Assembly: GCA_050187625.1 (NCBI GenBank)
Contig: JBFWXH010000020.1
Coordinates: 15,355-79,354 of the forward strand
Length of the DNA stretch: 64,000 bases
Source: Candidatus Binatia bacterium
GTDB taxonomy: Bacteria; Desulfobacterota; Binatia; Bin18
Direction of reading: 5' to 3'
Under the pieces are notes generated by a model. It did not search any database. It saw only the letters and a program-made list of their open reading frames with translations, and had not been told where the DNA came from. The position numbers and the translations under genes were made by a program. Shown piece after piece: positions 1 to 10,094 of the stretch. Within the stretch, counting starts at the first letter, position 1, and every line of letters begins with the position of its first letter.

Positions 1-242
1 CTGACCGCGGCACCCTGGGGCCGGGCATGAAAGCCGATCTCAATCTGATTGACCTAAACGCGCTCCGCATTGAGACTCCGACCATGATTCATGACTTACC
101 CGCCGGCATGCCACGACTCATGCAGACAGCCCACGGCTACGTGGCCACGATCGTGAGCGGCGAAGTGATACAAGAAAACGGCACAGCGACAGGAGCGCGG
201 CCAGGCAAGGTAGTACGTGGGAATGAGAGACCATTGCGTTAG
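1..242 (+). CDS. 3' end of an amidohydrolase-3 / N-acyl-D-amino-acid deacylase-like gene (5' end outside window)
   Basis: Frame is open from nt 3 (DRGTLGPGMKADLNLIDLNAL...TGARPGKVVRG). The pattern G-x-ADL-x-x-ID ... VxG ... TG-x-x-PGK-V-V-R resembles the C-terminal strands of D-aminoacylase-type amidohydrolases. Motif recognition only. Confidence 0.45.
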   Translation, partial: DRGTLGPGMKADLNLIDLNALRIETPTMIHDLPAGMPRLMQTAHGYVATIVSGEVIQENGTATGARPGKVVRGNERPLR

Positions 243-275
243 CTATTGCGTGGGCATGAGCGAGTTATCCATTCG

Positions 276-302
276 GTCATTCCCGTGCGGGCGGGAATCT
301 AG
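276..302. repeat. Half copy of palindromic repeat family R1
   Basis: gtcattcccgtgcgggcgggaatctag; same arm as the elements at 9020 and 24708. Confidence 0.5.
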
Positions 303-389
303 CGGCACCAATGGGGTATTGTGTATCCGAGGAGCGAGGCGAGAGTTCCCTCAGGAAAAGAGCTTTTTTCGAGATAGAGGAGTTTGACT

Positions 390-1865
390 ATGGAGTCACA
401 TCACAAAACGACCCCAGCTACGATCCATGCGCGCCTGACGCATCCGGTAATTGACGCCGATGGTCATTGGATTGAGTTTGAGCCGACGTTGCTCGATTAC
501 CTCAAGCAAGTGGGCGGCCCTAGCATGGTCGATCGTTATCGCCGCAACGAGTATTCGGCTGGTTTGCGTCATTGGGCACGGATGACACAGGAGGAACGGC
601 GCGCGCGTCGTTCCATGCAACCGTCTTGGTGGGCTTTTCCCACAAAGAACTCGCTCGACCGTGCGACCGCAATGCTCCCACGGCTTCTCTACGAACGGAT
701 GGCGGACATCGGGCTCGATTTTGCTGTCGTTTATCCGACGCTCGCGCTGCTCTTTCCAGCCATGAAAGACCCAGAGGTGCGAAGCGCTGCCTATCGAGCC
801 TACAATTTGATGGCTGCGGACATGTTTCGTGGCCTTAACGATCGCCTGACCCCAGCCGCCTGCATTCCGATGGGTGCACCGGCGGAAGCGCTGGCGGAGC
901 TTGACGTCGTCGTCAACCAGCTCGGTTTGAAAGCCTTGATGTTTTCGAGCCTGCTGCGTCGACCCATTGAAGCGCTACAAAAAGATGGCGCTCCCAATCG
1001 CCATGCGACCTGGCTCGACACTCTTGGACTCGACAGTCAGTACGACTACGATCCGGTTTGGGCAAAGTGTGTCGAACTGAAAGTGACGCCAACCTTCCAT
1101 ACGGCTTCTCAGGGGGTCGGCGCCCGCTTGTCTATTTCCAATTTCGTCTACAACCATATCGGACACTTCGCCGCCGCAGGTGAGGCAGTCTGCAAATCGT
1201 TGTTCTTGAGTGGCGTCACTCGTCGTTTCCCCACGCTCAAGTTCGCGTTCCTTGAAGGAGGCGTTGGCTGGGCGTGTTCGCTGTACAGCGATCTCATTGG
1301 CCACTGGAAGAAGCGTAACGTACAGGCCCTTGCACAGACAAACCCGGCTAACCTCAATCTGAACGCGATAGCTGACTATGTCCAGCGCTATGGCACAGAG
1401 GCGCTCACCTCGCACCTTGATCAGCTTGACTCGATTGGCGATATATTGGCCGGGGTCGAGGCGGTGGATGATTTCGCAGCATGCCACATCACGGACCCTG
1501 CGGACATCCGCGATTTGTTCGTGCCGAATTTTTACTTCGGCTGTGAGCCCGACGATCCGGTCAACGCATGGGCCTTCCACGCCAAAGCAAATCCCTTCAA
1601 CGCCAAGCTGCACGCCATCATGGGCTCAGATATTGGTCATTTTGATTGTATCGACATGGCGGATGTCTTGGTCGAGGCCCATGAACTTGTCGACGAGGGA
1701 TTAATGGCTGAGGAGGATTTCCGCGACTTCGTTTTCGGCAACCCCGTACGTTTATGGGGTGAAACGGATCCGAATTTCTTTAGAGGGACAGTCATTGAAA
1801 AAGAGGCTGCAGATTACCTTGCGCAGGAGAACACGTCGCAACAAGCTGTGGCTGCAGAAGCATAG
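390..1865 (+). CDS. Amidohydrolase-2 family metal-dependent hydrolase/decarboxylase
   Basis: ORF track starts at TTG 384. ATG 390 lies 7 nt after GAGGAG. N-terminus HPVIDADGHWIEFEP and overall layout resemble the PF04909-type (ACMSD/LigW-like) family. Confidence 0.75.
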   Translation: MESHHKTTPATIHARLTHPVIDADGHWIEFEPTLLDYLKQVGGPSMVDRYRRNEYSAGLRHWARMTQEERRARRSMQPSWWAFPTKNSLDRATAMLPRLLYERMADIGLDFAVVYPTLALLFPAMKDPEVRSAAYRAYNLMAADMFRGLNDRLTPAACIPMGAPAEALAELDVVVNQLGLKALMFSSLLRRPIEALQKDGAPNRHATWLDTLGLDSQYDYDPVWAKCVELKVTPTFHTASQGVGARLSISNFVYNHIGHFAAAGEAVCKSLFLSGVTRRFPTLKFAFLEGGVGWACSLYSDLIGHWKKRNVQALAQTNPANLNLNAIADYVQRYGTEALTSHLDQLDSIGDILAGVEAVDDFAACHITDPADIRDLFVPNFYFGCEPDDPVNAWAFHAKANPFNAKLHAIMGSDIGHFDCIDMADVLVEAHELVDEGLMAEEDFRDFVFGNPVRLWGETDPNFFRGTVIEKEAADYLAQENTSQQAVAAEA

Positions 1866-2003
1866 AGTTCTAGCGGAAATCATTCCAACAACGGAGACAA
1901 CATCTATGACGAGTGAACAGCTCAAGAAAGTGCTCGACATCGTGAAATCGCCACAAGCAAGCGACGTGCACTGCGAGCCCATTATGGCCGGGGGGGAGTT
2001 CTT

Positions 2004-3440
2004 ATGAGTATCCGCACGGGCGCAGAGTATCGAGAGCAGCTCCGAGACGGACGTACCGTCTATGTGAATGGTGAACGGGTCAAAGATGTCACGACCTACC
2101 CGCCGTTTCAGCGTACCGTTAACACTATTGCTGCGTTGTACGACCTCCAACATGACCCAGCTCACCAGTCGTTCTTGACGTTTCCTTCTCCGCAAACCGG
2201 TAATTTGGTCAGTCTTTCATTTCTCATCACCGAGACGGCGGAAGACGTCGCCCGGCGCGTGCGCGCCGAAGAGTTCCGCGCCGAAGCCACCTTCGGCCTG
2301 ATGGGGCGATTACCGGACTTCATGAACGCACTGCTGACCGACGCCGCGATCGCGGCTCCATTCATCGGACAACGAGAGCCCCGCTTCAACGAAAATGTCG
2401 TCCGGTACTATGAGACCTGCCGAGAGAATGATCTCTGTCTTACCCATACCCTCGTCGACCCCCAAATCGACCGCTCCAAAGGTCCAGCCCAGCAATCCGA
2501 TCCTGAAGCCGCCTTGCACTTGGTGCGCGAGACAGATCGGGGCATTATTGTCCGTGGCGCACGGATGCTCTCCACGTTAGCTCCGTTCTCGGACGAGATC
2601 TGGGTCGGACCATTTTATCCCCGTAAACCCGGCGAAGAAGCATACACGCTCTGCTTTGCCATCCCCATGAGCACGACGGGCTTAAAATTTCTCTGCCGAG
2701 AACCGTATGACGCTGGGCGCAGCACGTTTGACCGCCCCGTGTCCTCCCGCTTTGACGAAGAAGATGCGCTGGCGATTTTTGAGGACGTGCTGGTGCCCTG
2801 GGAGCGCGTGTTCATCAACGGTAACCTCGAGGCGTCGAACTCTCTTCTCGCCCACGCACCGGGCTACGCCTTACTGCAGGCCACAATTCGTGGGGTAGTG
2901 AAACTTCGCTTCCTGGCCGGCCTCGCCTGCCACGTGGCCGAGGCGATCGGTCGAACTGCCGCGCCGCATGTACAGGCACAGGTAGGGGAGTTAATTGCGA
3001 AAGTCGAATTAGCGAACGGACTGTTGCGAGCGTCAGCGCAGGATGTTGTGGCCCATCGCCGCGAAGGCCTGTCGCTCCGCGCTCTCGCCTCTACGTTATG
3101 GGTTTTCATTCCCGAGACGCAGATGCGGGCCGCAGAGATCATCCGACAGTTGAGTGGCAGCGGCTTGATCCTCACGCCAACAGAGCAGGATTTTCACAAT
3201 CCCGAGATTGCACCTTATTTAGAGAAATATCTCCAGGGGAAAAACCTCGGCGCACGAGAGCGGGTACAGCTCTTTAAGCTCGCGTGGGATGTGTTGGGCG
3301 AACAGTTCGGCAGCCGGCAGTTACAGTACGAATGGTTTTATGCAGGAGATCCAATTTTTACTCGTTCCCGGTTCTACCGTTCCCCAGCAGCCAACACCTA
3401 TAAAGCAATGGTTGAGCAGTTACTTGCGAAGCAGCCATAG
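2004..3440 (+). CDS. 4-hydroxyphenylacetate 3-hydroxylase (HpaB) family flavin-dependent oxygenase component
   Basis: 478 aa. N-terminus RTGAEYREQLRDGRTVYVNGERVKDVTTYPPF is the hallmark start of the HpaB / 4-hydroxybutyryl-CoA dehydratase family. Purine-rich RBS upstream. Confidence 0.8.
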   Translation: MSIRTGAEYREQLRDGRTVYVNGERVKDVTTYPPFQRTVNTIAALYDLQHDPAHQSFLTFPSPQTGNLVSLSFLITETAEDVARRVRAEEFRAEATFGLMGRLPDFMNALLTDAAIAAPFIGQREPRFNENVVRYYETCRENDLCLTHTLVDPQIDRSKGPAQQSDPEAALHLVRETDRGIIVRGARMLSTLAPFSDEIWVGPFYPRKPGEEAYTLCFAIPMSTTGLKFLCREPYDAGRSTFDRPVSSRFDEEDALAIFEDVLVPWERVFINGNLEASNSLLAHAPGYALLQATIRGVVKLRFLAGLACHVAEAIGRTAAPHVQAQVGELIAKVELANGLLRASAQDVVAHRREGLSLRALASTLWVFIPETQMRAAEIIRQLSGSGLILTPTEQDFHNPEIAPYLEKYLQGKNLGARERVQLFKLAWDVLGEQFGSRQLQYEWFYAGDPIFTRSRFYRSPAANTYKAMVEQLLAKQP

Positions 3441-3577
3441 GAAGAGCGGAAAAAAAGCCTATGTCGAGCCGTGCCAGTCAACCACTTCATAAGAGGTTCT
3501 TTTCGTGCTTGTCATCTAGTAAAAATTGTATCGATGTAGCAAATTTGACTTTTTAAGTTTTAAGGAGGACCAACGGA

Positions 3578-5404
3578 ATGAGTCAAACAGTATCCCAGTC
3601 CCAACCAAACCGCATCCCAACGGCCGAAGAACTCGGCTTTGACCCCGGTGCCCTGCGTGAGAAGTACGCTGCCGAGCGCGCGAAGCGTCTGCGCGCCGAC
3701 GCAAACAGCCAATATCAGGAAATCACTGGCCAGTTCGCGCACTATAACGAGGATCCGTATGTCGAGCCGGGCTTCACCCGCCCTGCCCTGCTAGAAGAAG
3801 TCGATGTCTTGATCGTCGGCGGAGGCTTTGGGGGCATGTTAGCGGCAGTGCGCTTGCAAGAGGTCGGAATTACGAACTTTCGGATCGTCGAGAAAGCCGG
3901 GGATTTTGGTGGGACCTGGTACTGGAACCGCTATCCCGGCGCGCAGTGTGATATCGAAGGGTATCTCTACCTACCCCTGCTCGAAGAGACCGGGTACATT
4001 CCGAAGGAACGATATTCCTTCGCCCCCGAGATCTTTGCCCATGCGCAACGGATCGGCAAGCACTACAATTTGTACGAACGGGCATGCTTCCAGACGAAAA
4101 TCAACGAGGCCCGTTGGGATGAGGAAGCAGGACGCTGGACAGTCACCACCGATCGCGGTGATGAGTTCAAGGCGCGCTTTGTAATTATGTCGAGCGGGCC
4201 ACTGAACAAGCCCAAGTTACCGGGGATTCCAGGGATCGAGAAGTTCAAAGGACACACGTTCCACACGAGTCGCTGGGACTACGACTACACTGGTGGTGAT
4301 ACCACCGGGGGATTACATAAACTCCACGACAAACGCGTTGGCATTATTGGCACCGGAGCCACAGCGATCCAGTGCATCCCACATCTCGGTGAGCATGCAA
4401 AGCAGCTCTATGTCTTTCAACGCACGCCATCTTCGGTAGACGAGCGTAACAACACGCCCACCAACCCGGAATGGGCGAAGACGCTCAAGCCTGGATGGCA
4501 GTACTATCGTAACCGCAACTTCACCGCCCTCTTGGACGGGGTGCAGCTTGAAGGAGATGAAGTTCGTGACAAGTGGACCAGCCCGCTCAAGAAGCTCAGC
4601 GATTTGCTCAACAGTAAGAGCGGAGATATCTCCGCCACAGAAAAGGCAGCCTTGGCAGAAATCGCCGATTTTCAGAAGATGAACGAGATTCGCACGCGCG
4701 TGTCCTCGACGGTGAAGGACCCAGGGACAGCGGAAGCGCTCAAGCCCTGGTTCGGGCAATGGTGCAAGCGCCCAACCTTCAACGACGAGTATCTCCCCAC
4801 CTTCAACCGGCCTAACGTGAAGTTAGTGGACACGGAGGGGAAAGGGGTTAATCGGATAACCGAGCACGGCGTCGTGGTAAATGGGGTTGAGTACGAAGTG
4901 GACTGCCTGATCTTCGCGACGGGGTTCGAGGTAGGAACAGCGTACACGCGGCGAGCCGAGTTCGCGATGTACGGTCGTAACGGTGAGTCACTCGCCGACG
5001 CCTGGGCAAACGGGATGCGTACGTTCCACGGTTTTCTGAGTTGTGGGTTTCCCAACTGTTTCCACATGGGACTCACACAGACGGGGCTCACAGCGAACTT
5101 CACTTACATGCTCGACAATCAAGCCAAGCACGTGTCGCAGCTCATCACTCTGGTTAATAAGCGCAACGCGAAATCAATCGAGCCGACTCCTGAAGCTGAG
5201 GCTGAGTGGGTAAAGATCGTCAACGGACCGAACATGATGACGAAGTACCAAAATGCCTGTACGCCGGGGTACTACAACGGTGAGGGAACGAACGAGGGGC
5301 AGGGATTCCTCCAAGCCGTGTATCCTCAAGGCGCGCTGGCTTTTTACGACATGCTCGCGGAATGGCGCAAGCAGGGAGATTTTTCTGGACTTATTGTGAA
5401 GTAG
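3578..5404 (+). CDS. Type-I Baeyer-Villiger monooxygenase, long form (608 aa)
   Basis: AAGGAGGA RBS. VGGGFGG Rossmann motif, [20 protein letters not shown] fingerprint [12 protein letters not shown], second GTGATAIQ motif. Close paralogue of 12708-14537. Confidence 0.9.
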   Translation: MSQTVSQSQPNRIPTAEELGFDPGALREKYAAERAKRLRADANSQYQEITGQFAHYNEDPYVEPGFTRPALLEEVDVLIVGGGFGGMLAAVRLQEVGITNFRIVEKAGDFGGTWYWNRYPGAQCDIEGYLYLPLLEETGYIPKERYSFAPEIFAHAQRIGKHYNLYERACFQTKINEARWDEEAGRWTVTTDRGDEFKARFVIMSSGPLNKPKLPGIPGIEKFKGHTFHTSRWDYDYTGGDTTGGLHKLHDKRVGIIGTGATAIQCIPHLGEHAKQLYVFQRTPSSVDERNNTPTNPEWAKTLKPGWQYYRNRNFTALLDGVQLEGDEVRDKWTSPLKKLSDLLNSKSGDISATEKAALAEIADFQKMNEIRTRVSSTVKDPGTAEALKPWFGQWCKRPTFNDEYLPTFNRPNVKLVDTEGKGVNRITEHGVVVNGVEYEVDCLIFATGFEVGTAYTRRAEFAMYGRNGESLADAWANGMRTFHGFLSCGFPNCFHMGLTQTGLTANFTYMLDNQAKHVSQLITLVNKRNAKSIEPTPEAEAEWVKIVNGPNMMTKYQNACTPGYYNGEGTNEGQGFLQAVYPQGALAFYDMLAEWRKQGDFSGLIVK

Positions 5405-5487
5405 GCCGAGGATCAACTGCTGAAATCATGGCAGAATACTCGCACCGCGAAAGATACTCCTGGCGGATTCAAGCTCTCTCACTCCCC

Positions 5488-5509
5488 GCCCGGAGCTACA
5501 GCTCCGGGC
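5488..5509 (+). terminator. GC-rich perfect hairpin between two BVMO genes
   Basis: gcccggagc-taca-gctccgggc, 9-bp perfect stem. No downstream T-tract, so a terminator function is uncertain. Confidence 0.3.
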
Positions 5510-5549
5510 TTAGCGGACAAAGGTGAAACAACCACAGAGGAGGAACAAG

Positions 5550-7178
5550 ATGGCAAATGCGCAACCAACGACACTCGCAACTAGGACAGAGCCGATCGAA
5601 CAGTTTGACGCGATTGTGATCGGCGCTGGCGTGTCTGGCTTGTATCAACTGTACCGGCTACGGGAGCTGGGGCTCGCGGTGCGGTGCTTTGAAGATGGCA
5701 GTGAGGTGGGTGGCACCTGGTATTGGAACCGTTATCCAGGCTGCCGCTTCGATTCCGAGAGCGAAACCTATGGCTATTCGTGGTCGAAGGAACTGTTGCA
5801 GGAATGGGACTGGAAGGAACATTATTCCGGCCAGCCCGAGAACGAAAAATATCTCAATTATGTCGCGGATAAATTCGACTTGCGCAAAGACATCCAATTC
5901 AACTCGCACGTGACCTCAATCATCTACGACGAGCAGGCCAATCGCTGGGACATCCAATTGGAAAGCGGTCAGCGTGCCCGGGCACAGTTTCTCATCGCGG
6001 CAGTCGGCCTCTTGTCTGCTCGCTACACCCCGCCCTTTGAGGGAGTCGACAGCTTTCAGGGGGAGTCGTTTCATACTTCCCGATGGCCGAAGGAAAAGGT
6101 GGACTTCACCGGCAAGCGTGTCGCGGTTATCGGCACTGGCGCCACCGCAGTGCAGCTCATTCCGGAAATCGCCCCAGAAGTTGGGCATCTGACCGTCTTT
6201 CAACGTACCCCCAACTACTGCGCACCGTGCCGGAACTCTCTGGTAACCGAGGAGGAACAGCGCCAGTGGAAGGCTACCTACGACCAAATTCACCAACGGA
6301 TTCGCCAGACGACCGTCGGTCTTCCGCACGAGTTTGACCGGCGCAAGACGTTCGACGTTCCGCAGGAGGAGCGACATAAGTTCTATGAGGAGTTGTGGGC
6401 GAAGCCCGGCTTCGCGAAATGGTTGTCCAATTTTCACGATATTATGATCGACCCGGAGGCTAATGAGGACTTCGCCGAGTTCGTGCGCAACAAGATCCGC
6501 CAGCGCGTCAAAGATCCCGTGGTGGCGGAAAAGCTCGTGCCTAAGGACCACCCCTTCGGCTCAAAACGTATCCCCTTGGAGACCAACTATTACGAGGCGT
6601 ACAACCGGAACAATGTCTCGTTGGTGGACGTGCGTGAGGCTCCGATCGAGCGTATCACGCCCAGAGGTATCAAGACCACGGAGAAAGAGTACGAGTTTGA
6701 CGTGATTATCTACGCCACGGGGTTCGATGCCGTGACTGGTGCGTTGACACGCATCGACATTCGCGGCGAGGGAGGACAAACGCTCAAGGACAAGTGGGCC
6801 AATGGACCACGTAACTACCTGGGGTTGCAAAGTGCAGGTTTCCCCAATTTGTTCATTGCCATCAACGCCGCGTTCTGTAACTACACGGTCTGCGCTGAGT
6901 CGATCGTCGAATGGATTACCGATGCCATCCGCCATATGCGCGAGAAGGGCTTAAAAAGTATGGCCCCTAAGCAGCAGGCGGAAGACGCGTGGATCGAATA
7001 CATCAATAAGATTGCTGAAGGCTCGATTTTTACGAAAGCCAAGTCGGCGTGGTTTATGGGCACAAATATCCCAGGAAAACCCCGTGCCGTTCTCCTCAAT
7101 CCTCTCCCTGCCCCAGCTTATCGGTCCAAGTGTACCGAGGCTGCCGCTAAGGGCTATGCAGACTTTGTGCTACAGTAA
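5550..7178 (+). CDS. Type-I Baeyer-Villiger monooxygenase (cyclohexanone-monooxygenase-like, ~542 aa)
   Basis: ATG 5550 follows GAGGAGGA (ORF-track start 5523 is a GTG extension). [44 protein letters not shown]. Confidence 0.9.
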   Translation: MANAQPTTLATRTEPIEQFDAIVIGAGVSGLYQLYRLRELGLAVRCFEDGSEVGGTWYWNRYPGCRFDSESETYGYSWSKELLQEWDWKEHYSGQPENEKYLNYVADKFDLRKDIQFNSHVTSIIYDEQANRWDIQLESGQRARAQFLIAAVGLLSARYTPPFEGVDSFQGESFHTSRWPKEKVDFTGKRVAVIGTGATAVQLIPEIAPEVGHLTVFQRTPNYCAPCRNSLVTEEEQRQWKATYDQIHQRIRQTTVGLPHEFDRRKTFDVPQEERHKFYEELWAKPGFAKWLSNFHDIMIDPEANEDFAEFVRNKIRQRVKDPVVAEKLVPKDHPFGSKRIPLETNYYEAYNRNNVSLVDVREAPIERITPRGIKTTEKEYEFDVIIYATGFDAVTGALTRIDIRGEGGQTLKDKWANGPRNYLGLQSAGFPNLFIAINAAFCNYTVCAESIVEWITDAIRHMREKGLKSMAPKQQAEDAWIEYINKIAEGSIFTKAKSAWFMGTNIPGKPRAVLLNPLPAPAYRSKCTEAAAKGYADFVLQ

Positions 7179-7297
7179 AGAAACCGTGAGGGTGAGTGAC
7201 CTCGCTAGTGGCAGTGTCAACCAGCGACAAGGGAACGACAAAGACACAAATAAGAAACAGTCACAAGACAAGAAAAAATCCGCGAAGGAGGAACGTC

Positions 7298-8965
7298 ATG
7301 GCAAATGTTCAACAGTCCTCGACGGCCACCGCTCAGGGGCCGATCAGGCAATATGATGCAGTCATCATCGGGGCAGGCGTCGGTGGTCTCTACGCTTTGC
7401 ACCATCTACGCAAAATGGGATTCTCGGTACGGGTCTACGAAGGTGCTGCTGGCGTGGGCGGCACGTGGTGGTGGAATCGCTACCCCGGCGCGCGGGTCGA
7501 TGGTCCGGGGAGCCCTTTTTATTGTTACACGTTCTCCGAAGAGCTTGTGAAGGAATGGGACTGGACTGATACTCAGCCCGACCAGCCCTCGGTGCTGGCC
7601 TATCTCGAATATTTCACCGACCGGTTCGACCTGCGCCGCGACATCCAGCTCGAAACTTGGATACGCGATGCGCGCTACGACGAAGAGAAACAACGCTGGT
7701 TGGTAGAAACCAGCGCTAGCGAGCGTGTGAGCTGCCAGTTTCTGATCTGCGCCGTCGGTACCCTCTCGGCGGCGTACAAGCCCAACATTCCTGGAATCGA
7801 CGACTTTGCCGGCGAGTGCTACCATACTGGCCGCTGGCCGCATGAACCTGTCTCATTTGTCGGCAAACGCGTTGGCGTGATCGGCACCGGCTCCTCGGGC
7901 GTGCAAGCGATTCCCGAAATCGCTCGCGAGGCGGCACACCTAACGGTGTTCCAGCGTACGCCGCAGTACACCATCCCGGCCCGCAATCGTCCCCTTGATC
8001 CTGAGTTGGTACGGCAGGTCCGTGAAAACTGGCCCGCTATGCGCGCGAAGCTGAATGCAAACCCTGTGGGCATGCAGTTCGAGATGAGCAAGCGCTTGGC
8101 CTCTGAGGATACAGCCGAGCAGCGCCAGGCGCTCTACGAAGAGCTGTGGCAAAAGGGTGGGTTCCACCTCCTCTTTGGCAGCTATGCCGACATCATGACT
8201 GATAAAGAGGCCAACCGCACGATAGCCGACTTCGTGCGTGGCAAAATCCGCGAGATCGTGCGTGATCCCAAAACCGCCGCGAAGCTGATGCCCGACTACT
8301 ACCTGGGCACCAAGCGACAGCTCCTCGATAACGGCTACTACGAAACCTACAACCGTGACAATGTCACCCTTGTCGACCTGCGCGAAGATCCAATTCAAAA
8401 GATCACGCCTACGGGCATACGAACGGCAACGGGCGACCATCCGCTAGACATACTTGTACTGGCGACAGGCTTTGACGCCATGACCGGCGCACTGCTGCGC
8501 CTCAACCCGAAAGGGCGGGGCGGTGTCAGCCTGGCAGAGAAGTGGCGTGCGCATTTTAATACCTACCTCGGCATAACGATCGCCGACTTTCCCAACCTCT
8601 TTATGATCCATGGCCCGGGGTCACCGTCGGTGCTGTACAACATGCCCCTTGGCGCTGAGCACGAATCAACATGGATTGGTGACTGCGTGCGCTATCTGCG
8701 AGAACGCGGCCTGGGCGCGATCGAGCCGACTCCCGATGCGGAGAAAATCTGGGACCAAGAGGTCGCAGATCTCGCCAATGCGACGCTCTACCCGCTTACC
8801 GATTCCTGGTACATGGGGGCGAATATCCCAGGCAAGCCGCGCCAGTTCTGCGCGCATCTCGGAGGCCCCGCCTACTTCCAACGCATTGCTGACGTCGCCG
8901 CCAAGGGGTACGAGGGCTTTGTGTGCGAGAAGAAGCACCAAGAGGAGGCCATCGCCGCGCTCTGA
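7298..8965 (+). CDS. Type-I Baeyer-Villiger monooxygenase (~555 aa)
   Basis: ATG 7298 follows GAAGGAGGA (ORF-track start 7196 is an unlikely basic extension). IGAGVGG, VGGTWWWNRYPGARVD, FAGECYHTGRWP, IGTGSSGVQ. Confidence 0.9.
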   Translation: MANVQQSSTATAQGPIRQYDAVIIGAGVGGLYALHHLRKMGFSVRVYEGAAGVGGTWWWNRYPGARVDGPGSPFYCYTFSEELVKEWDWTDTQPDQPSVLAYLEYFTDRFDLRRDIQLETWIRDARYDEEKQRWLVETSASERVSCQFLICAVGTLSAAYKPNIPGIDDFAGECYHTGRWPHEPVSFVGKRVGVIGTGSSGVQAIPEIAREAAHLTVFQRTPQYTIPARNRPLDPELVRQVRENWPAMRAKLNANPVGMQFEMSKRLASEDTAEQRQALYEELWQKGGFHLLFGSYADIMTDKEANRTIADFVRGKIREIVRDPKTAAKLMPDYYLGTKRQLLDNGYYETYNRDNVTLVDLREDPIQKITPTGIRTATGDHPLDILVLATGFDAMTGALLRLNPKGRGGVSLAEKWRAHFNTYLGITIADFPNLFMIHGPGSPSVLYNMPLGAEHESTWIGDCVRYLRERGLGAIEPTPDAEKIWDQEVADLANATLYPLTDSWYMGANIPGKPRQFCAHLGGPAYFQRIADVAAKGYEGFVCEKKHQEEAIAAL

Positions 8966-9019
8966 GCACAATGCGCAGGAATTACGTGGCGAGTTCTGTC
9001 GCAGGAGCTGACCCACGAC

Positions 9020-9115
9020 GTCATGCCCGCGCAGGCGGGCATCCAGATGTGTATGGCACGGGACGTGCGTGAAGCTTCCTGGATTCCGGGTCTCGCGGTG
9101 CTCGCCCGGAATGAC
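9020..9115. repeat. R1 palindromic MITE-like element (full copy)
   Basis: gtcatgcccgcgcaggcgggcatccag ... ctggattccgggtctcgcggtgctcgcccggaatgac. Each arm is itself a hairpin. Second full copy at 24708-24788. Confidence 0.6.
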
Positions 9116-9404
9116 GATTATGCCAACTCGCTACGTATTTCGTGAGTTGGGTACTTAGGAATTTTAGCTCGTCGATTTTCGAGGTGCTCGACGACAAGGT
9201 GCGCGCGGAGTGACGCTGACGGCTTGTGCCTCTCACCACGTTCAGAGTTGGTGGCTTTGGAGTGGGCGAGCCTTGCCTTGCGACTGATATGACAGGATGA
9301 TATCAGGCTGACGGTTAGCGGTAACGTGCACATGAGGCCGTGGAAGAGTATGCCCGCTCCTCTTACGGCCAACGACTCAAACCGGGCAATGAAGAGGGGT
9401 AGCA

Positions 9405-9878
9405 ATGGCAGCAGTTAGCAAACTCCCTGTGAATCCAGTATCCGGCGTTCCTCCCGAAAGTATCACGTGGGTCCATCTCGAAGGGAGCCCGAGATTTGAC
9501 TATCCGATCGATTACTGGATCGCTATTCTGGGAGCACAACCAGAGAAGGGCAAGATTGACTTTCTCTCCAAGTGGGCGCCGAATTCGTACTGCCACTTTC
9601 ATCGACATCTCGGTGAGACCACCACGCTCGTGCTCGAAGGCGAACAGCACATCGTCGAAACCACACCCACGCAAACGATCCATAAAGTCCGCAGACCTGG
9701 ATTCTATGCCCGCACTCCTGGTGGCGACGTACACATGGAGTACGGAGGGCCAGAAGGGACAGTGGTTTTCTTCAGTTGTCAGGCAGACAACGGCCGTCTC
9801 TTCGAGGTTCTCGATAAAGACGAGAACGTTCTCGCTGTCGCGACTATCGAGAGTTTTCTCTCCGGAAAACTCGGCTAA
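9405..9878 (+). CDS. Small cupin-like protein (ChrR-type cupin pattern), paralogue 1 of 3
   Basis: 157 aa. HFHRHLGETTTLVLEGE and PGGDVHMEYGG resemble cupin motifs 1 and 2. Clear homology to 27282-27740 and 63722-64000 (LFEVLD, VRP-G-Y blocks). Confidence 0.6.
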   Translation: MAAVSKLPVNPVSGVPPESITWVHLEGSPRFDYPIDYWIAILGAQPEKGKIDFLSKWAPNSYCHFHRHLGETTTLVLEGEQHIVETTPTQTIHKVRRPGFYARTPGGDVHMEYGGPEGTVVFFSCQADNGRLFEVLDKDENVLAVATIESFLSGKLG

Positions 9879-9998
9879 GGCGAGCGATTCAGGCCACGAT
9901 GAAAGCACCTCGTGTCCGTCGGGTCGGACACACATACTCCCCGTTAGCTCTGGCGCCAATAATGTTCGGTACAAATTTTGCCGTTGGGTACGAACTTT

Positions 9999-10021
9999 CC
10001 CTTCTCCCGCCGGGAGAAGGG
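9999..10021. repeat. Hairpin of the CCCTTCTCCC-GCCG-GGGAGAAGGG type (related to the arms of R3)
   Basis: cccttctcccgccgggagaaggg, nested inside an outer gtacgaa/ttcgtac stem. Confidence 0.45.
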
Positions 10022-10068
10022 ACCCACCGCAAAAGATTCGTACGCATCGACACAGTGAGTTTCGTGCG

Positions 10069-10094
10069 CTACACGGCGATTCATCGCCGTGTAG
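10069..10094. other. Perfect 11-bp stem hairpin in a 460-bp non-coding spacer
   Basis: ctacacggcga-ttca-tcgccgtgtag. No T-tract. Confidence 0.4.

Noticed and set aside
7196-7297. N-terminal extensions given by the ORF track (7196, 5523, 12657, 17953, 21946, 27234, 30429, 36988, 41407, 48773, 52180, 52708, 60789; and on the minus strand 12295, 48749, 50750, 52122)
   Set aside because: In each case homology to paralogues or to the family begins at a downstream ATG preceded by a strong GGAGG-type RBS. The extensions are basic, low-complexity or repeat-encoded.
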